A stretch of DNA of 64,000 nucleotides from Octopus vulgaris (Eukaryota), in the NCBI GenBank assembly GCA_951406725.2, contig OX597818.1, forward strand, positions 137,144,001 through 137,208,000, in the 5' to 3' direction. Below the pieces are notes generated by a model. The model worked only from the letters and a program-made list of their open reading frames with translations. It was not told the DNA's origin and searched no databases. Made by a program: the position numbers and the translations under genes. Below, piece by piece: positions 27,437-40,503 of the stretch (positions are counted from its first letter, which is position 1; each line of letters starts with the position of its first letter).

Positions 27437-28636
27437 CAAGGTGTGTTGAATAAAGTGTCGTCTAAATTACAAAAATATGAAAATAACACTGACATCTCAT
27501 TTTAACTGAAATATTTACTAAAATATTCTTGAAATATTCCAGCATCTCCCGTGGCTCTTCTGGATGGTCTTCTTGTTTGAGTTGATGATAGCTGCAATAA
27601 TCCTTACCTTCAGTTCGTATTTGGTGTTACAAGGAGTTTTGTTGGCATCTCGCTCAACTGCACCTCACACATTATAATCAAGGGGGTTGCAGTTTGGGAA
27701 GTTATTTGGCCAGTTGTTAGGGGTGAGTGGTCGCACAAATTGTCTGACAGCCACGACTCGGTTCTTCTGGTTTTGTGGCATGATGTAGAGTCCTGTTACC
27801 AGACACAGGTTCTGCTAGCAGACACTTTTTTATCCAGGATAGCACTACCTCCTCCGGGCACTTGATGCAGTCCTCCGTGTTGAGTCTGAGGCTGTGTGGG
27901 AAAATGAATGGAAGCGTACCGTCGCCATCAACAGTGATCACTTCAAAAAGCATGATGTTGATTGGATGTTTCATTTTTATCACCCTCGGTACATATTTTA
28001 GGGAGACGGCAAGCCAGTCGTTGATCTGTGTGTTCACCATCTAATCCTGGCAGAAATTTTTCTTGTCTGAGGAAAACAAAAGCATGTTCGATTGGAAGTG
28101 ATGTTTGAGTTTGCTCAAAAGCTTCGTTGTGCGGTCTTTCCGCTTGTCCTTGATGGCGTGGGTTAGAAGTTAGCCCTTTCTTATCATGTATGAGAGATAC
28201 CGAATGTCAGCATGCACTACCTGCCTGATAAGAAACCCAGATACTCCCATGTTCCCGGCGATGGACCTGATTGACTTGTAGGGATCATTGCCAATCATGG
28301 CCTGGATCTCACCAAAAGTTCAGGTGTGAGAACAATCAGAGCGAGTTTTTCGAGCTGCTGTACCTTCGTAATCCCCCATTAGACTCATCCAACTCTTTCC
28401 GAATCCTCTGCACTGTCCTCAGATTGACACCCAAACACCCCGAAATGTTCGTATTGGAGCTTCCGACGTAAATGCGAGGCAGTATAGCATGTCCTTTCCA
28501 AATTACTGGCAGAGTGAATTGCGTCATGGAGCTGTTTTTCTTACAGACGGTGCCTAACTGACCCTACTCTACTGTGAGTCGATAAAATCGCAAAATTTAA
28601 AATATAAGATGGTGACAATTTACCCATTGCATCCTG
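27437..28636 (-). mobile_element. Decayed ~1.2-kb Tc1/mariner transposon (DD37D/maT-like)
   Basis: TA at both ends. HTH remnant GVNLRTVQRIRKEL; FSSDKKNFCQD; KHPINIMLFEVITVDGD..PFIF...LRLN; QDSTSCH and WP..SP.CNPLDY remnants. Multiple stops and frameshifts. Confidence 0.85.
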
Positions 28637-28804
28637 TATAAATATGAATGTATGTATGTATGTATGTATGTATGTATGTATGTATGTATGTATGTATGTA
28701 TGTATGTATGTATGTATGTATGTATGCATGTATATATGCACGTATGTATGCATGTATGTATGTATGTATGTATGTATGTATGTATGTATGTATGTATGTA
28801 TGTA

Positions 28805-28835
<31 letters not shown>

Positions 28836-29053
28836 ATGTATGCATATATGTGTGTATGTATGTATATATACAGACCATCAACACCTCTTGTCTCGACCAC
28901 CAATGTTCCTGCCTTTAGGCTTTCACTTCATACACGCCAGCTTAATTTGATTCGTTCGTAGTCGAAAGACGCCTTTTGTTATTTGTTGTTGCTTGTATTC
29001 GTAATATGTATATATATATATGTATGTAGATATATATATGTGGTGTGTGTGTA

Positions 29054-29089
<36 letters not shown>

Positions 29090-29137
29090 TGTATGTATGT
29101 ATGTATGTATGTATGTATGTATGTATGTGTGTGTGTA

Positions 29138-29173
<36 letters not shown>

Positions 29174-29219
29174 TGTATGTATGTATGTATGTATGTATGT
29201 ATGTATGTATGTGTGTGTG

Positions 29220-29255
<36 letters not shown>

Positions 29256-29314
29256 TGTATGTATGTATGTATGTATGTATGTATGTATGTATGTATGTAT
29301 GTATGTGTGTATAT

Positions 29315-29468
29315 ATACGACGAGCATCATTTTCCGTCTGACAAATCCACTCACAAAACTTTGGTTGACTCGTGAACAACAGTGGAAGACACTTGCCCAA
29401 GGTGGTACGTGTGTGACTGAACCAGAAATAATGTGGATGGGAAGGAAACTTTTTACTACACGGCCATT
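29315..29468 (-). mobile_element. SINE family C 5' half, degenerate
   Basis: TTTCCGTCTGACAAATCCACTCACAA...GACACTTGCCCAAGGTG. Confidence 0.7.
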
Positions 29469-29537
29469 TAAGACGTATGCATGCATACACCCTATATACA
29501 AATGCATTTATAATATATTATATGAATATAAATATGC

Positions 29538-29573
<36 letters not shown>

Positions 29574-29576
<3 letters not shown>

Positions 29577-29896
29577 TAGTTGAATGAATTATCCTAGTAT
29601 AGATAATTCGGTTACCGATACCCGGGTAGCAAATTCACGTCAGAACACACGGTTGAAGCTACATGCCAAGGGCAGAGATCACGTGCTTTCGTGTGGAAAT
29701 TTGTGTGTGGGCTCCGTGTGAGCAGTCATCTAAAAGTTTTTGTTCGTCATGATGCTGACATAAGTTCCTTGTCTTTCCTGATGAGAAGGCAGCATAATGC
29801 ACCCATTATTCCTTCGGAATTAGGAATATGCCGTCTTCGAAACATATGTCGAGAATAAAGGAATTTTGTTAAATCGTCGTTCGACTCCATTCTTTC

Positions 29897-29900
<4 letters not shown>
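29574..29900 (+). mobile_element. ~330-bp non-coding HHR-bearing element in (TA)n (family H2)
   Basis: (TA)n on both sides; a second, rearranged copy lies at 34451-34650. Confidence 0.8.
29765..29863 (+). ncRNA. Type I hammerhead ribozyme, canonical core, extended stem II
   Basis: CTGATGA 29778-84; stem II GAAGGCAGCATA/TATGCCGTCTTC; GAAAC 29839-43; palindromic stem III ACATATGT; GTC cleavage triplet 29848-50; stem I TTTC/GAGA plus TTCCTT/AAGGAA. Confidence 0.8.
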
Positions 29901-29949
<49 letters not shown>

Positions 29950-30172
29950 ACATCCGCCTTTCACCATGTGCTACTCCTAACACCAGTCGTTTTTTTCTCT
30001 ATCTCCGTTGCCCGCTCCGGGATCTTTCTTTCCTCTCTCTTCCTTCTTTATGTTTCCGACGAAGAGCTCCACTCGAAACGTCATACCTCCCTGCTTCCAT
30101 TTCCTGAGCGCCTATTAATAATAATACTGTAATTGTTCCATTGTTGTTGTTTTTTTGTTTCCCGTTTGGATT

Positions 30173-30176
<4 letters not shown>
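29950..30176 (+). mobile_element. H1-family HHR-bearing repeat in (TA)n
   Basis: GTTT-CCGACGA-AGAGCTCCACTC-GAAAC-GTC-ATAC (30052-30086), then TTCCTGAGCG...TTGTTCC...TTTGGATTAA as in 53803-54010. Confidence 0.75.
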
Positions 30177-30212
<36 letters not shown>

Positions 30213-30288
30213 ATAAGGATATAGTCATAAAATAATCATATTTGTGGCCTGGCACCTAAAAATGACCATACAGGTAGCATTAATTTTT

Positions 30289-30527
30289 TTACGTATATAA
30301 TTATAAATACATAATTATAGTTAAGGGCTAATGGAAATGACCATCGCCAATGCTAGAAATAGGTGTCAGATATCTGCAATCTACTCTACAATTTGTTCTC
30401 TATATTCAATATAGAGAACAAATTGTACAAGTTGATTGCAGGTATCTGAGACCTATTTTTAGCATTAATGTATGGTCATTTCCAGTAGCCCTTAACTATA
30501 ATTATATCTTTTTAATTATATACGTAA
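30289..30527. repeat. Fold-back palindromic element, ~118-bp arms, essentially no spacer
   Basis: Centre CTCTATATT-C-AATATAGAG at 30407; (TA)n on both sides. Confidence 0.85.
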
Positions 30528-30533
30528 TATATA

Positions 30534-30592
<59 letters not shown>

Positions 30593-30899
30593 CATATATA
30601 TATATAAATGCTCACACATATATATTTAAATAAATAATGTATTTGAATGTATATGTAATGTGCTTTGTTTGCATGTATGGCTGTAGAATATATGTGTGTA
30701 TCTGTATTTGTGTATTTGGGTGTGTTGGCTATGTATATCTATATACACACGCATATATAATGTACTCATACATACATTTATATACATGCATACAAACATA
30801 TATACGTATTAATGTATGTATGTATGTATGTAGGTAGGTATGTATGTATGTTTGTATGTATGTGTGTATGTATGTGTGTGTATGCATGTATGGTTTTTT

Positions 30900-31375
30900 G
30901 TCAGGTCACTCTTATGCGCTATTGGTAACATGTAACACACAGTCCACCCTGTTGCATATTTGGGACGTCAGCGACCAAACAGGCAACCCCATAAATCTTG
31001 CTTGATGAGGAGGCTGATTGTTGGACACCTTACAGTAAGAAAAATAAAACCTATCAAAGGGTGGAAGAGCTCATGAGCAGTCAACGGCCACCCAACTATA
31101 TGTATACATGTGTATGTATGCATGCATGTATGCGCGGGGACGTGGAAAAACATGGGTTGGTGTCCAGGCCGCCGGTTGCCCTACTGAGAGTGGGAGGCCC
31201 CTCTGTTGCCGTCACAACATCTCTCTAGGAGAGGGAAACTCTGAGAGAAAACCTGTGAGACTGACAATATTCGATGGTGTAAACTAGTTCTGTTTTTCTA
31301 GTATATAAACTCTGAGAGAAAACCTGCGAGACTGACAATATTCGATGATGTAGACTAGTTCTGTTTTTTTCTAGT
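30900..31375 (+). mobile_element. Possible RTE-like LINE 5' UTR fragment with a ~70-bp tandem duplication
   Basis: CTAGGAGAGGGAAACTCTGA..AAACC resembles RTE 5' ends (recollection). The unit AAACTCTGAGAGAAAACCTG...TTTTTCTAGT occurs twice (31236-31302, 31307-31375). Confidence 0.35.
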
Positions 31376-31939
31376 TTAGGTTGTCCATGTTCGGAGAGTG
31401 GGACTGGATTTGTGCAATAAAAAAAAAATCCTCATGCACAAGTATCGCTTGAAAAAAGTAAGACCTATCACAAAAAATGGCTGTCGTAGCCTTCGCTTGT
31501 ATGGGACTTTCGATCAGGCGATGGCAATATTCGAACGCGAGTTTGCATCCATCATGTGTGTGTGTTTGTGTGTATGAAAAGAGAGAAAATATCAACATAT
31601 ATATAACGAGCATAGTCATACGTGAAATATATATATATAATCTTATACATATGTATGTATGCGTGTGTGTGAGTATGCGTATGCATGTGTGTGTGTTAGT
31701 GTGTGTGTGTGAGAGTGTGTGTGTGTGTATATGCGAATGAGACAGGTAGATAGATTGACAAATAAACTTTTGCGGATGTAATGTGGATGTATACATGCAT
31801 ACGCACGTTGTTTTTAATAGCTACAGATGGATAGATGAATATATGTATGTATATATATAACTTATGTATGCATACACACACACACACACATGCATAAATA
31901 TGCATGCATATCTATATCAACATGTGTTTAGGATACTTA

Positions 31940-32002
<63 letters not shown>

Positions 32003-32763
32003 GCATACATATGTTTGTATATTTGTACTTGTGTATTGTTATTCATAGCTCAAAAAATGCGAACGAACTAAGAATTTCCCTCTTCCACTCACCCCCAATA
32101 GACACACACACTCAGAAACATATATATTAATATCTGTGTATAATATATCTATATATCTTATATATTTATGTATTCATATATCTATGTCTGCGTGCGTGTA
32201 CAGGTTAGTGCAGCTGTATGATTAAGAAAAATGTTTTACTTGTCATTGTAAAACAAGAGAAGCGTATGATACATTCAAGATTGAAAGTTTTAAAATAGAA
32301 TAAGAAATACAAAAAACAACAAAAAACGAGTACAAATAAAAACGTAGAACATTCTACAATCAGCTTATTGAATAATGTGTAGAAAAAAACAAACAAATAG
32401 AGATACGTATCGAGAGAAATAAAGGGGTGAGTGATAGGAGGTAGGGTTTGGTACAATGTAATTTGAGGAATAATAATAATAATAATGTGCTGTATTCCTT
32501 CGCTTCAACTTTCATATTTACCTTCTTTCTTACTTTCTTTCATTCTTTTCTTCATTTGTCTCTTGTTTTCTGTTTTTTATTATTTTGTTCGCCGTTTTTC
32601 CTTCGTTATTTGCGTTGTTTTATACGCGTAATCGCTTTTCTGTATGAGGCATACGCACGTACAGTAATACTTATAGGGATATAGAAATACACGTAACGAA
32701 CGCTCATGTATTTGTACGCCGGTGTTTGTCTGTACGTGTGGTCTATATATGAACGTATGCACC

Positions 32764-32828
<65 letters not shown>

Positions 32829-33007
32829 CATATTTATATATAAATACATATACATATATGCATTTATATACATATACATATATGCATGTATGTGTACATA
32901 TATATAAATATTTATATACACACATGTTTAAAAATATACACACACATATATATATACATACACACACATACATATATTATATATATTTATATATACATAC
33001 ACACATT

Positions 33008-33063
<56 letters not shown>

Positions 33064-33077
33064 CACATTTATGTGTA

Positions 33078-33110
<33 letters not shown>

Positions 33111-33129
33111 TCATACATACACTACACAA

Positions 33130-33215
33130 GATAAAGTAGTAGCAGAATTACTCTTTAATGTAATGGATGAATTTTTCCTGACGCAGCTAGTGTTCGAACC
33201 AACAAGTCAGAATAA
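33130..33215 (+). mobile_element. Tiny LINE APE-endonuclease remnant
   Basis: [25 protein letters not shown] resembles the L.Q.V.EPTR motif of CR1-type APE domains. Confidence 0.4.
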
Positions 33216-33581
33216 AACGATAGTTGTCTGCGAGAGATCTATTTCTTTGTTTAAAAACCGGGATGCGAGACTAGGATAAGAGATGTTTCGATATATATAT
33301 ATATGTATGTATATATATATATATTATTCAACACAGTTGACACCCTCCTGTCACAACCTGGTACATTGAAGACTGGTATAATACAAGAAAGTACACTACT
33401 CCCTTAATATTTCATCTATTCAATAAGACAATCAATACTTAATTTCATTTTACTACATCACGTGATCACGTGACCGACCAGACCATCAGATGTTGCTACA
33501 CATCGCTGGTCACAATGCGTTCGCATTGCTTTAGCCTTCGAATGTCGCCACCCCGCTGGCTAAGCGAGCAGGCCATTTTAC

Positions 33582-33671
<90 letters not shown>

Positions 33672-33729
33672 CATATATTTGTATGTGTGCATGTACGTGC
33701 GTTTTTCTATATGTATATTTATCTCAACA

Positions 33730-33905
33730 CCACTGTTTCAAAACCTGTGTTGGTGTGTTTTGTATCCCCGTACTCTTATATAGGCACCGATAAAATAAGT
33801 ACTAGGCTTCAGAATAAAATAAATATTGGGGCTGATTCATACGACTAAAAATGCTACAAGACGGTGCCTCCTCATGGCGACAGTCTAATGACCGAAACAA
33901 ATAAA
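33730..33905 (+). mobile_element. SINE family C 3' half
   Basis: TTGGTGTGTTT...GATAAAATAAGTACTAGGCTT...GACCGAAACAAATAAA. Confidence 0.7.
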
Positions 33906-33979
33906 GTGTGTTTAAGTGTGTGTGTATACACACACACACACACACGCGCACACACACGCACGCACGCACACACACACAC

Positions 33980-34033
<54 letters not shown>

Positions 34034-34039
34034 AATATA

Positions 34040-34191
34040 GGCGTAGGAGTGGCTGAGTGGTAAGTAGTTTGCTTACTAACCACATGGTTCCGGGTTCAGT
34101 CCCACTGCCTGGCACCTTGGCCAAGTGTCTTCTATAGTTTCGGGCCTTGTGAGTGGATTTGGTAAACGGAAACTGAAAGAAGCCCGTCGTA

Positions 34192-34237
<46 letters not shown>

Positions 34238-34410
34238 TGTGTCGCTTTACAACCGATGCTGGTGTGTTTACGTCCCCGTAACTTAGCGGTTCAGCAAAAG
34301 AGAAAGATAGAATAAGAACTAGGCTTACAAAGAATAAGTCCTGCGGTTGATTTGCTCGACTAAAGGCGGTACCTTAGCGTGGCCACAGTCAAATGAAGTA
34401 AAAGAGTAAA
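34040..34410 (+). mobile_element. SINE family C, near full length
   Basis: GGCGTAGGAGTGGCTGAGTGGTAAG...AAGTAAAAGAGTAAA. Confidence 0.9.
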
Positions 34411-34412
34411 TA

Positions 34413-34450
<38 letters not shown>

Positions 34451-34451
<1 letters not shown>

Positions 34452-34650
34452 AGTAGTTGAATGAATTATCCTAGTATGGATAATTCGGTTAACCGATACC
34501 TGGGTAGCAAATTCACGTCAGAAAACACGGTTGAAGCTACATGCCAAGGGCAGAGATCACGTGCTTTCGTGTGGAAATTTGTGTGTTTTTTTACTATAAA
34601 TAAATGAAAGAATGGAGTCGAACGACTATTTAACATTCTTTCATTTATAT
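34451..34650 (+). mobile_element. Rearranged H2 copy (HHR deleted, 3' end inverted)
   Basis: 34451-34586 is nearly identical to 29574-29708; 34601-34637 is the reverse complement of the H2 3' end. Confidence 0.8.
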
Positions 34651-34665
34651 ATATATGTATATACG

Positions 34666-34703
<38 letters not shown>

Positions 34704-34734
34704 GATTTAACATTCTTTCATTTATATATATATA

Positions 34735-34799
<65 letters not shown>

Positions 34800-34800
<1 letters not shown>

Positions 34801-35128
34801 AACTTTATTATTTCTAAATCTCTCAACGGGAGACATACAGTAAGTAAAGATTATCTGCCAACATAATGTGTCAGTGCCGGTTGGGATGAATGTTACTGTT
34901 GTTTTAGCTCCAGGAAACATTATCTCCAGATGGCTATACGATACACATCTGTGTCGTTATAGTTTCGAACAGGGGAGCTAAGCACTCCACTCAGCACAAA
35001 GCATTATCTGTGGACCGCGGATGTGTGTCGTATAGCCAGCTGGAGAGATGTTTCCTGGGGTTAAAACAACGACAGTAACATTTGTCACAACCGGGACTGT
35101 CGCATTCTGTTGGCAAATAATTTTACTT
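34800..35128. repeat. Fold-back element (arms ~34842-34952 / 35016-35128), same family as 55208-55675
   Basis: AAGTAAAGATTATCTGCCAACA...GGCTATACGATACACATC / GATGTGTGTCGTATAGCC...TGTTGGCAAATAATTTTACTT. Confidence 0.8.
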
Positions 35129-35146
35129 TATAACTTTATATATATA

Positions 35147-35547
35147 CTAGCAGTATCGCCCGGCGTTGCTCGGGTTTGTAAGGGAAATAACTATATAAGC
35201 ATTTTTAGAGAGTTATAACCAAAAAATAGCAAAAAAAATGCATTAAAAATGGAAAAAAAATTATGGTAAATTTTTTTTAAATCGTTGACTCATCGTAGAC
35301 ATTATTAGAGAGTTACTTCCCTTATATAATAGCGAAAAAAATGCATTAAAATGGAAAAAATGATGGCAAACTTTTTTTAAAATCGTAGACTCATCGTAGA
35401 CGTGCGCTAATACCCAGAAGGGCTCGATATGAATCACGACTATAAGATACCCAGTTTTGGTTAAACTGCACCGCAAAATGTGGGAGTAGTTAGGAATCTA
35501 AATCGTAGAAGACAGACAGCACACAATCTCTCTTTTATATATAAAGA
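35147..35547 (-). mobile_element. Non-autonomous Helitron
   Basis: Minus strand starts TC(TTTATATATAAAAG) and ends with hairpin CCCGAGCAACGCCGGG + CTAG, between host A and T. Internal ~105-bp tandem repeat. Second copy at 41020. Confidence 0.85.
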
Positions 35548-35558
35548 TATATATAAAT

Positions 35559-35844
35559 CAATTGCAGCGTGGAAGGTGTTTATAAGCCCTTTAAGAAACA
35601 CACAAAAACCGTTAAATTCACTTCAAAATTCAAATTTAATTTGCCAAAATATTCTCGTCGCTTTGAGACCGCGAACTGTTCACTAACAAAATTCCGTGCT
35701 GCATCTCAGAATTTTGTCAGTGAACAGGTCGCGGTCTCAAAACGACGAAAATATTTTGGCAAATTAAATTTAAATGTTGAAGTGAATCTAACGGTTTTTG
35801 TTTGTTTCTTAAATGGCTTATAAACACCTTCCACGCTGCAATTG
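35559..35844. repeat. Fold-back palindromic element, ~135-bp arms
   Basis: CAATTGCAGCGTGGAAGGTGTTTATAAGCC... / ...GGCTTATAAACACCTTCCACGCTGCAATTG; ~14-nt spacer; (TA)n flanks. Confidence 0.85.
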
Positions 35845-35901
35845 TTTTCGTTCCAGCACACGATCTCAGATCAGATCACTTGCTGTGCAAGTACATCTCC
35901 G

Positions 35902-35943
<42 letters not shown>

Positions 35944-35953
35944 GTATATATCT

Positions 35954-36057
35954 GTACTTATTCTATCGGCTACTTTTGCCGAATTGCTAAGTTACTGGGA
36001 CGGAAACACACCGGCATCAGCTGTCAAGTGACGTTGGGGGACAAACACAGACACACA

Positions 36058-36120
<63 letters not shown>

Positions 36121-36288
36121 ATATACGACGGACTTCTTTCGGTTTCCGTCTACCAAATCCACTCACAAGACTTTGGTTGGCCCGAGGCTATAGTAGAAGA
36201 CACGTGCCCAATGTGCCACGCAGTGGGACTGAACCTGGAACCATGTGGTTGGTATGGAAGCTATTTACCACACAACCACACCTGCGCC
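35954..36288 (-). mobile_element. SINE family C, 3'-truncated
   Basis: Matches family C with an internal (AC)n. Confidence 0.85.
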
Positions 36289-37069
36289 TATATATGAGGG
36301 AGAAAGCATGAGGTGTGGGGCAGTGTACTCTTTCGTCATCCTCAAGCATGTATTGAGTCCTTAAAGACACATAGATTTTTAAACGTGTGTTTCTTGTTTA
36401 GTCCTGGACTACTCTTGAAAAATCTTAGTTCAATGATTCATAAAGAAGTACCGTAGAAAGCACCATAGCCTTACTTCCTATAAATAAAGTGTAAAAGTCT
36501 CAGGTATGGCAGTATAGTTAGTTTCGGGTTAGATCCGACTGCATCACACTACGGACAAGTGTTACGTATCATAACCTTGGATTCATCAGAACTTTGTAAG
36601 TGGTGTTTAGCTAATGGATCTGTGTGTATGGGAGCTCGTCTTGTTCTGGGAGAGAAGATCTAACCCGTCACATTTATATCATGAACTTGTTTTGTGTACA
36701 TTTAGCAGATTCTTCTTGGTTGCAAAAATTCAGGTGACGTCACTGACCTGACAGTAATTTCTCGCCCTAAATTCAAGCTACTGGGTCACGGCACTTTCCT
36801 CTTCTGATCAGATAGTAACAGAAAAAATACTGGTGTTTTGCCATCGGCATTGTGTGATGTCCATCGTCAGAACCCTTTGCAACGAAAAGATTAGTTATAT
36901 TAACTCTTTGAAGGTAGGTAGCAGTGTTAATATAATGAATCATTGCAAGCAGCTGCAATAATGTGGTGAAAAAGTGGAATTAGTAGTCTTTGATGCACTA
37001 ATTTCTTTGCAGCATTAATTTCGATTTCTCTTGCATGAAGCACGATCATTTTTTCAAACTTTGGCAGTT

Positions 37070-37335
37070 TTTAAAGGGAGAGATAAGTCGAGTAGACTTA
37101 TCCAATATTTGAGCGTTACTTATTTTATCGACCTCGAAAGGATGAAAGGAAAAGTCGACCTCGGTAGAATTTGAACCCAGAACATAAAGATGGACGAAGT
37201 GCCGTTAAGCATTTTGTCCGACGTGCTAACAGTTCTGCCGACTGGTACTTGCCAACTCAACAATGAAAGGATGAAAGGACGAAATACCGCTAAGCATTTC
37301 GCCTGGCGTGCTAACGTTTCTGCCAGCTTGCCGCC
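37070..37335 (-). mobile_element. SINE family A, two degenerate/nested pieces
   Basis: GAAAGGATGAAAGG..AAGTCGACCTCGG...TAAGCATTT...CTGCCAGCTTGCCGCC. Confidence 0.75.
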
Positions 37336-37594
37336 TTATAAGCGGCGTTAATTGTTCCGCTACTTATCAAAGAGTGAGAAGAATCTTCATCCACACATAC
37401 GCACACACACGCACGCACACACATAAACACACACGCACGCACACACATAAACACACACGCACGCACACACACACACACAGAACTTCATTTATCTACTTCA
37501 TAGGCAGTGGAAAGCAGAGTTAAACGGACCCAGCTCGTTCGTCCAACGAGCAGTGGAACCCATATTCTGCTTCTTTTCTCTGCTTGTTATTTAG

Positions 37595-37701
37595 GTCTCA
37601 AAACTGCAATCGTCCAAATGCAAACACAGTAAATTGAAGGCAGACGATCCTAATTCACATTATTTACTGCATCACAACAATACATTCCTCAGTTAACTGT
37701 G
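37595..37701 (+). other. Candidate 107-nt non-coding/UTR exon
   Basis: Long polypyrimidine tract + TTTAG acceptor; GTG|GTAAGT donor; stops in all three frames. Confidence 0.4.
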
Positions 37702-37851
37702 GTAAGTTAATCTAATAAGAAAATATCTAAAACCAATAATTACTCCTATTTCATCCATTTGTTCGTTTATACTACACACTCTGTTTCTTTCTTTCTTCCT
37801 TCCTTTCTTACCCTCTTTCTCCCTCTTCGTATGTATGCATGTCTATATGTG

Positions 37852-37885
<34 letters not shown>

Positions 37886-37934
37886 GTATATATATATATT
37901 TATATATGTATGTATATATGTATATATGTATATA

Positions 37935-38005
<71 letters not shown>

Positions 38006-38583
38006 CAACGTGTGCACGTTCTTAAAGAGCTGTCTCAGAGCGCCTTGCTGTCAAATGAATCTCTGATATGCCAGAAAACACATCATATCCGAAGATAAGT
38101 TGATCTGATGTAGATTATCGTAAATCACTTGGTTAAAGGCTAAATAAAATGAGATCGCCATCTTGAAGACAAGTAGTTCTTTATTCAGTAGATTGGCTGT
38201 TGGTAACATTGATTTACCACTAGATGAAGTCACTCGCATCAGGTAAGAGATATGTCAAAAAAAAAAAAAACACAAAAAATCTCTCTCCAACCCAACACAT
38301 CTGACTGACGTTTTCCCGTCATGGCTGCCGAAAGCGAGATGCGTGAAAGATGGCGACGGTGATATAGAGGAAAGATCGTGAAAAATGCAAGACAAACAGT
38401 TTAAGAACGAAAAACGAAATAGCAAAACAAAACTAAATAGGTAAGTGAAAGTATATATAGAAATGAAAATAAAAATGTAGAATATATACATATAGACACA
38501 CACACACGCACGCACGCACACACATACATACATATATATATGTATAATGTATATATGTATATGCATATATGAATATATATATA

Positions 38584-38619
<36 letters not shown>

Positions 38620-38700
38620 TATAAACACATATAGATGTTTATTTATATATATATATATATATATACACATCTATATATATTTAGATATGCATATACATAT

Positions 38701-38769
<69 letters not shown>

Positions 38770-39072
38770 CACATATAGATGTTTATATATATATATATGT
38801 ATATATGTACACATACACACATATATAATATATGGTCGATGAAAGAAGGAAGTTAAAAAAAATAAGAATGGAAGTGAAGAAAAAATGAAGCAAGAATGTG
38901 ATAAAAGAGAAAATAAAAGAAAGATAAACAAAAACTAAACAAAATTAATATAGGAAAGAGGGAAAGGTGAGGACAAGGAGAACAAAAAGTGAACCCGTAA
39001 AAGAACGGACGAAAAAGACGAACAAATATACAACAGTATGATCTACGCATCTCTACCAATTTTTCACGAAGG

Positions 39073-39121
<49 letters not shown>

Positions 39122-39140
39122 ATGCATGTATGTCTGTTTG

Positions 39141-39185
<45 letters not shown>

Positions 39186-39258
39186 ATATACTCGAGTAGA
39201 CTGGACAAAGTAGAGAAAAGGGCATATAGGTATATGCATGTATGTGCGCGCGCACGTG

Positions 39259-39290
<32 letters not shown>

Positions 39291-39331
39291 TGTATGTATG
39301 TATGTATGTATATATATATATATATATATAT

Positions 39332-39364
<33 letters not shown>

Positions 39365-40120
39365 CATAAATATATATATATTTGCGTATTATGCAGGGAA
39401 GGTGTAGACAATAGACAAATCAACCAGACTTGGGTGAAAGAAGAGTCGGAAGAATAATGCATAACTAGGGAAGACGATTCTTCAAGCATCAACCATGAAT
39501 GATAACGAATGTAATAGCGACAGAAGGTGGAATCCCAGAGAGCTGGAAGCCGAGAGACGAAACGAGACGAGATGAGAACCGAGATAACGGCGCACCAATC
39601 GCCGATAAGAACGGTTGTAAGGAACGATCGGTTGTCACAGTAATTGTTGCCAGAGACATCTCTTCTTAAGATGCCGGGAAAGAGACAAAGACCGGTGCGA
39701 TTGTTGATTGGTAGATGTCACATTCACGTTTGATTGAAAAGGCTTTCGGGCGTCAACTATGGCTTTTTGACTTGTCCACATTCTCTTACTGTGATATGAG
39801 GCTGATGGCGACTCACATAGATCTTAGATACGAGATCTCTACGTGTCTATGTCTTGAAACAATTAACGGATGGTGCTTCTGATATTTCCGTTCCGGTAAT
39901 GACGTCTCGCAATATTTACATTCCTGAGTTAGTTAGCCACTATTGCTAACAAAGGGAATGCAATCATATCATGAGCAAAAGTAGCTTTGCTGTTGCTGCC
40001 TTTAAATAACTCGATACCATGTATAGAGACACTGATGTCTACATACAAAATCATTTAGGGCTAACTAATATAGACATATTACGGATTAGTGTCTATGTTT
40101 TCGTGTCTCACAAGTATGGA

Positions 40121-40503
40121 TGGAAGCACTCCGTCGGTTACGACGACGAGGGTTTCGGTTGATCCGAATCAACGGAACAGCCTGCTCGTGAAATTAACGT
40201 GTAAGTGGCTGAGCATTCCACAGACACGTGTACCCTTAACGTAGTTCTCGGGGATATTCAGCGTGACACAGAGAGTGACAAGGCCGGCCCTTTGAAATAC
40301 AGGTACAACAGAAACAGGAAGTAAGAGTGAGAGAAAGTTGTGGTGAAAGAGTACAGCAGGGATCACCACCATCTCCTGCCCGAGCCTCGTGGAGCTTTAG
40401 GTGTTTTCGCTCAATAAACACTCACAACGCCCGGTCTGGGAATCGAAACCGCGATCCTACGACAGCGAGTCCGCTGCCCTAACCACTGGGCCATTGCGCC
40501 TCC
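40121..40503 (-). mobile_element. SINE family B, full length
   Basis: Reverse complement of 4844-5228; flanked by a ~56-bp direct repeat. Confidence 0.9.

Noticed and set aside
31236-31375. CRISPR-like repeat pairs (also 61691-61798)
   Set aside because: Simple two-unit tandem duplications without unique spacers, in eukaryotic context with no cas genes.
33460-33575. GC-richer structured segment as an HDV-like or twister ribozyme
   Set aside because: I could not assemble the required pseudoknot pairings by eye; probably a retroelement tail fragment.
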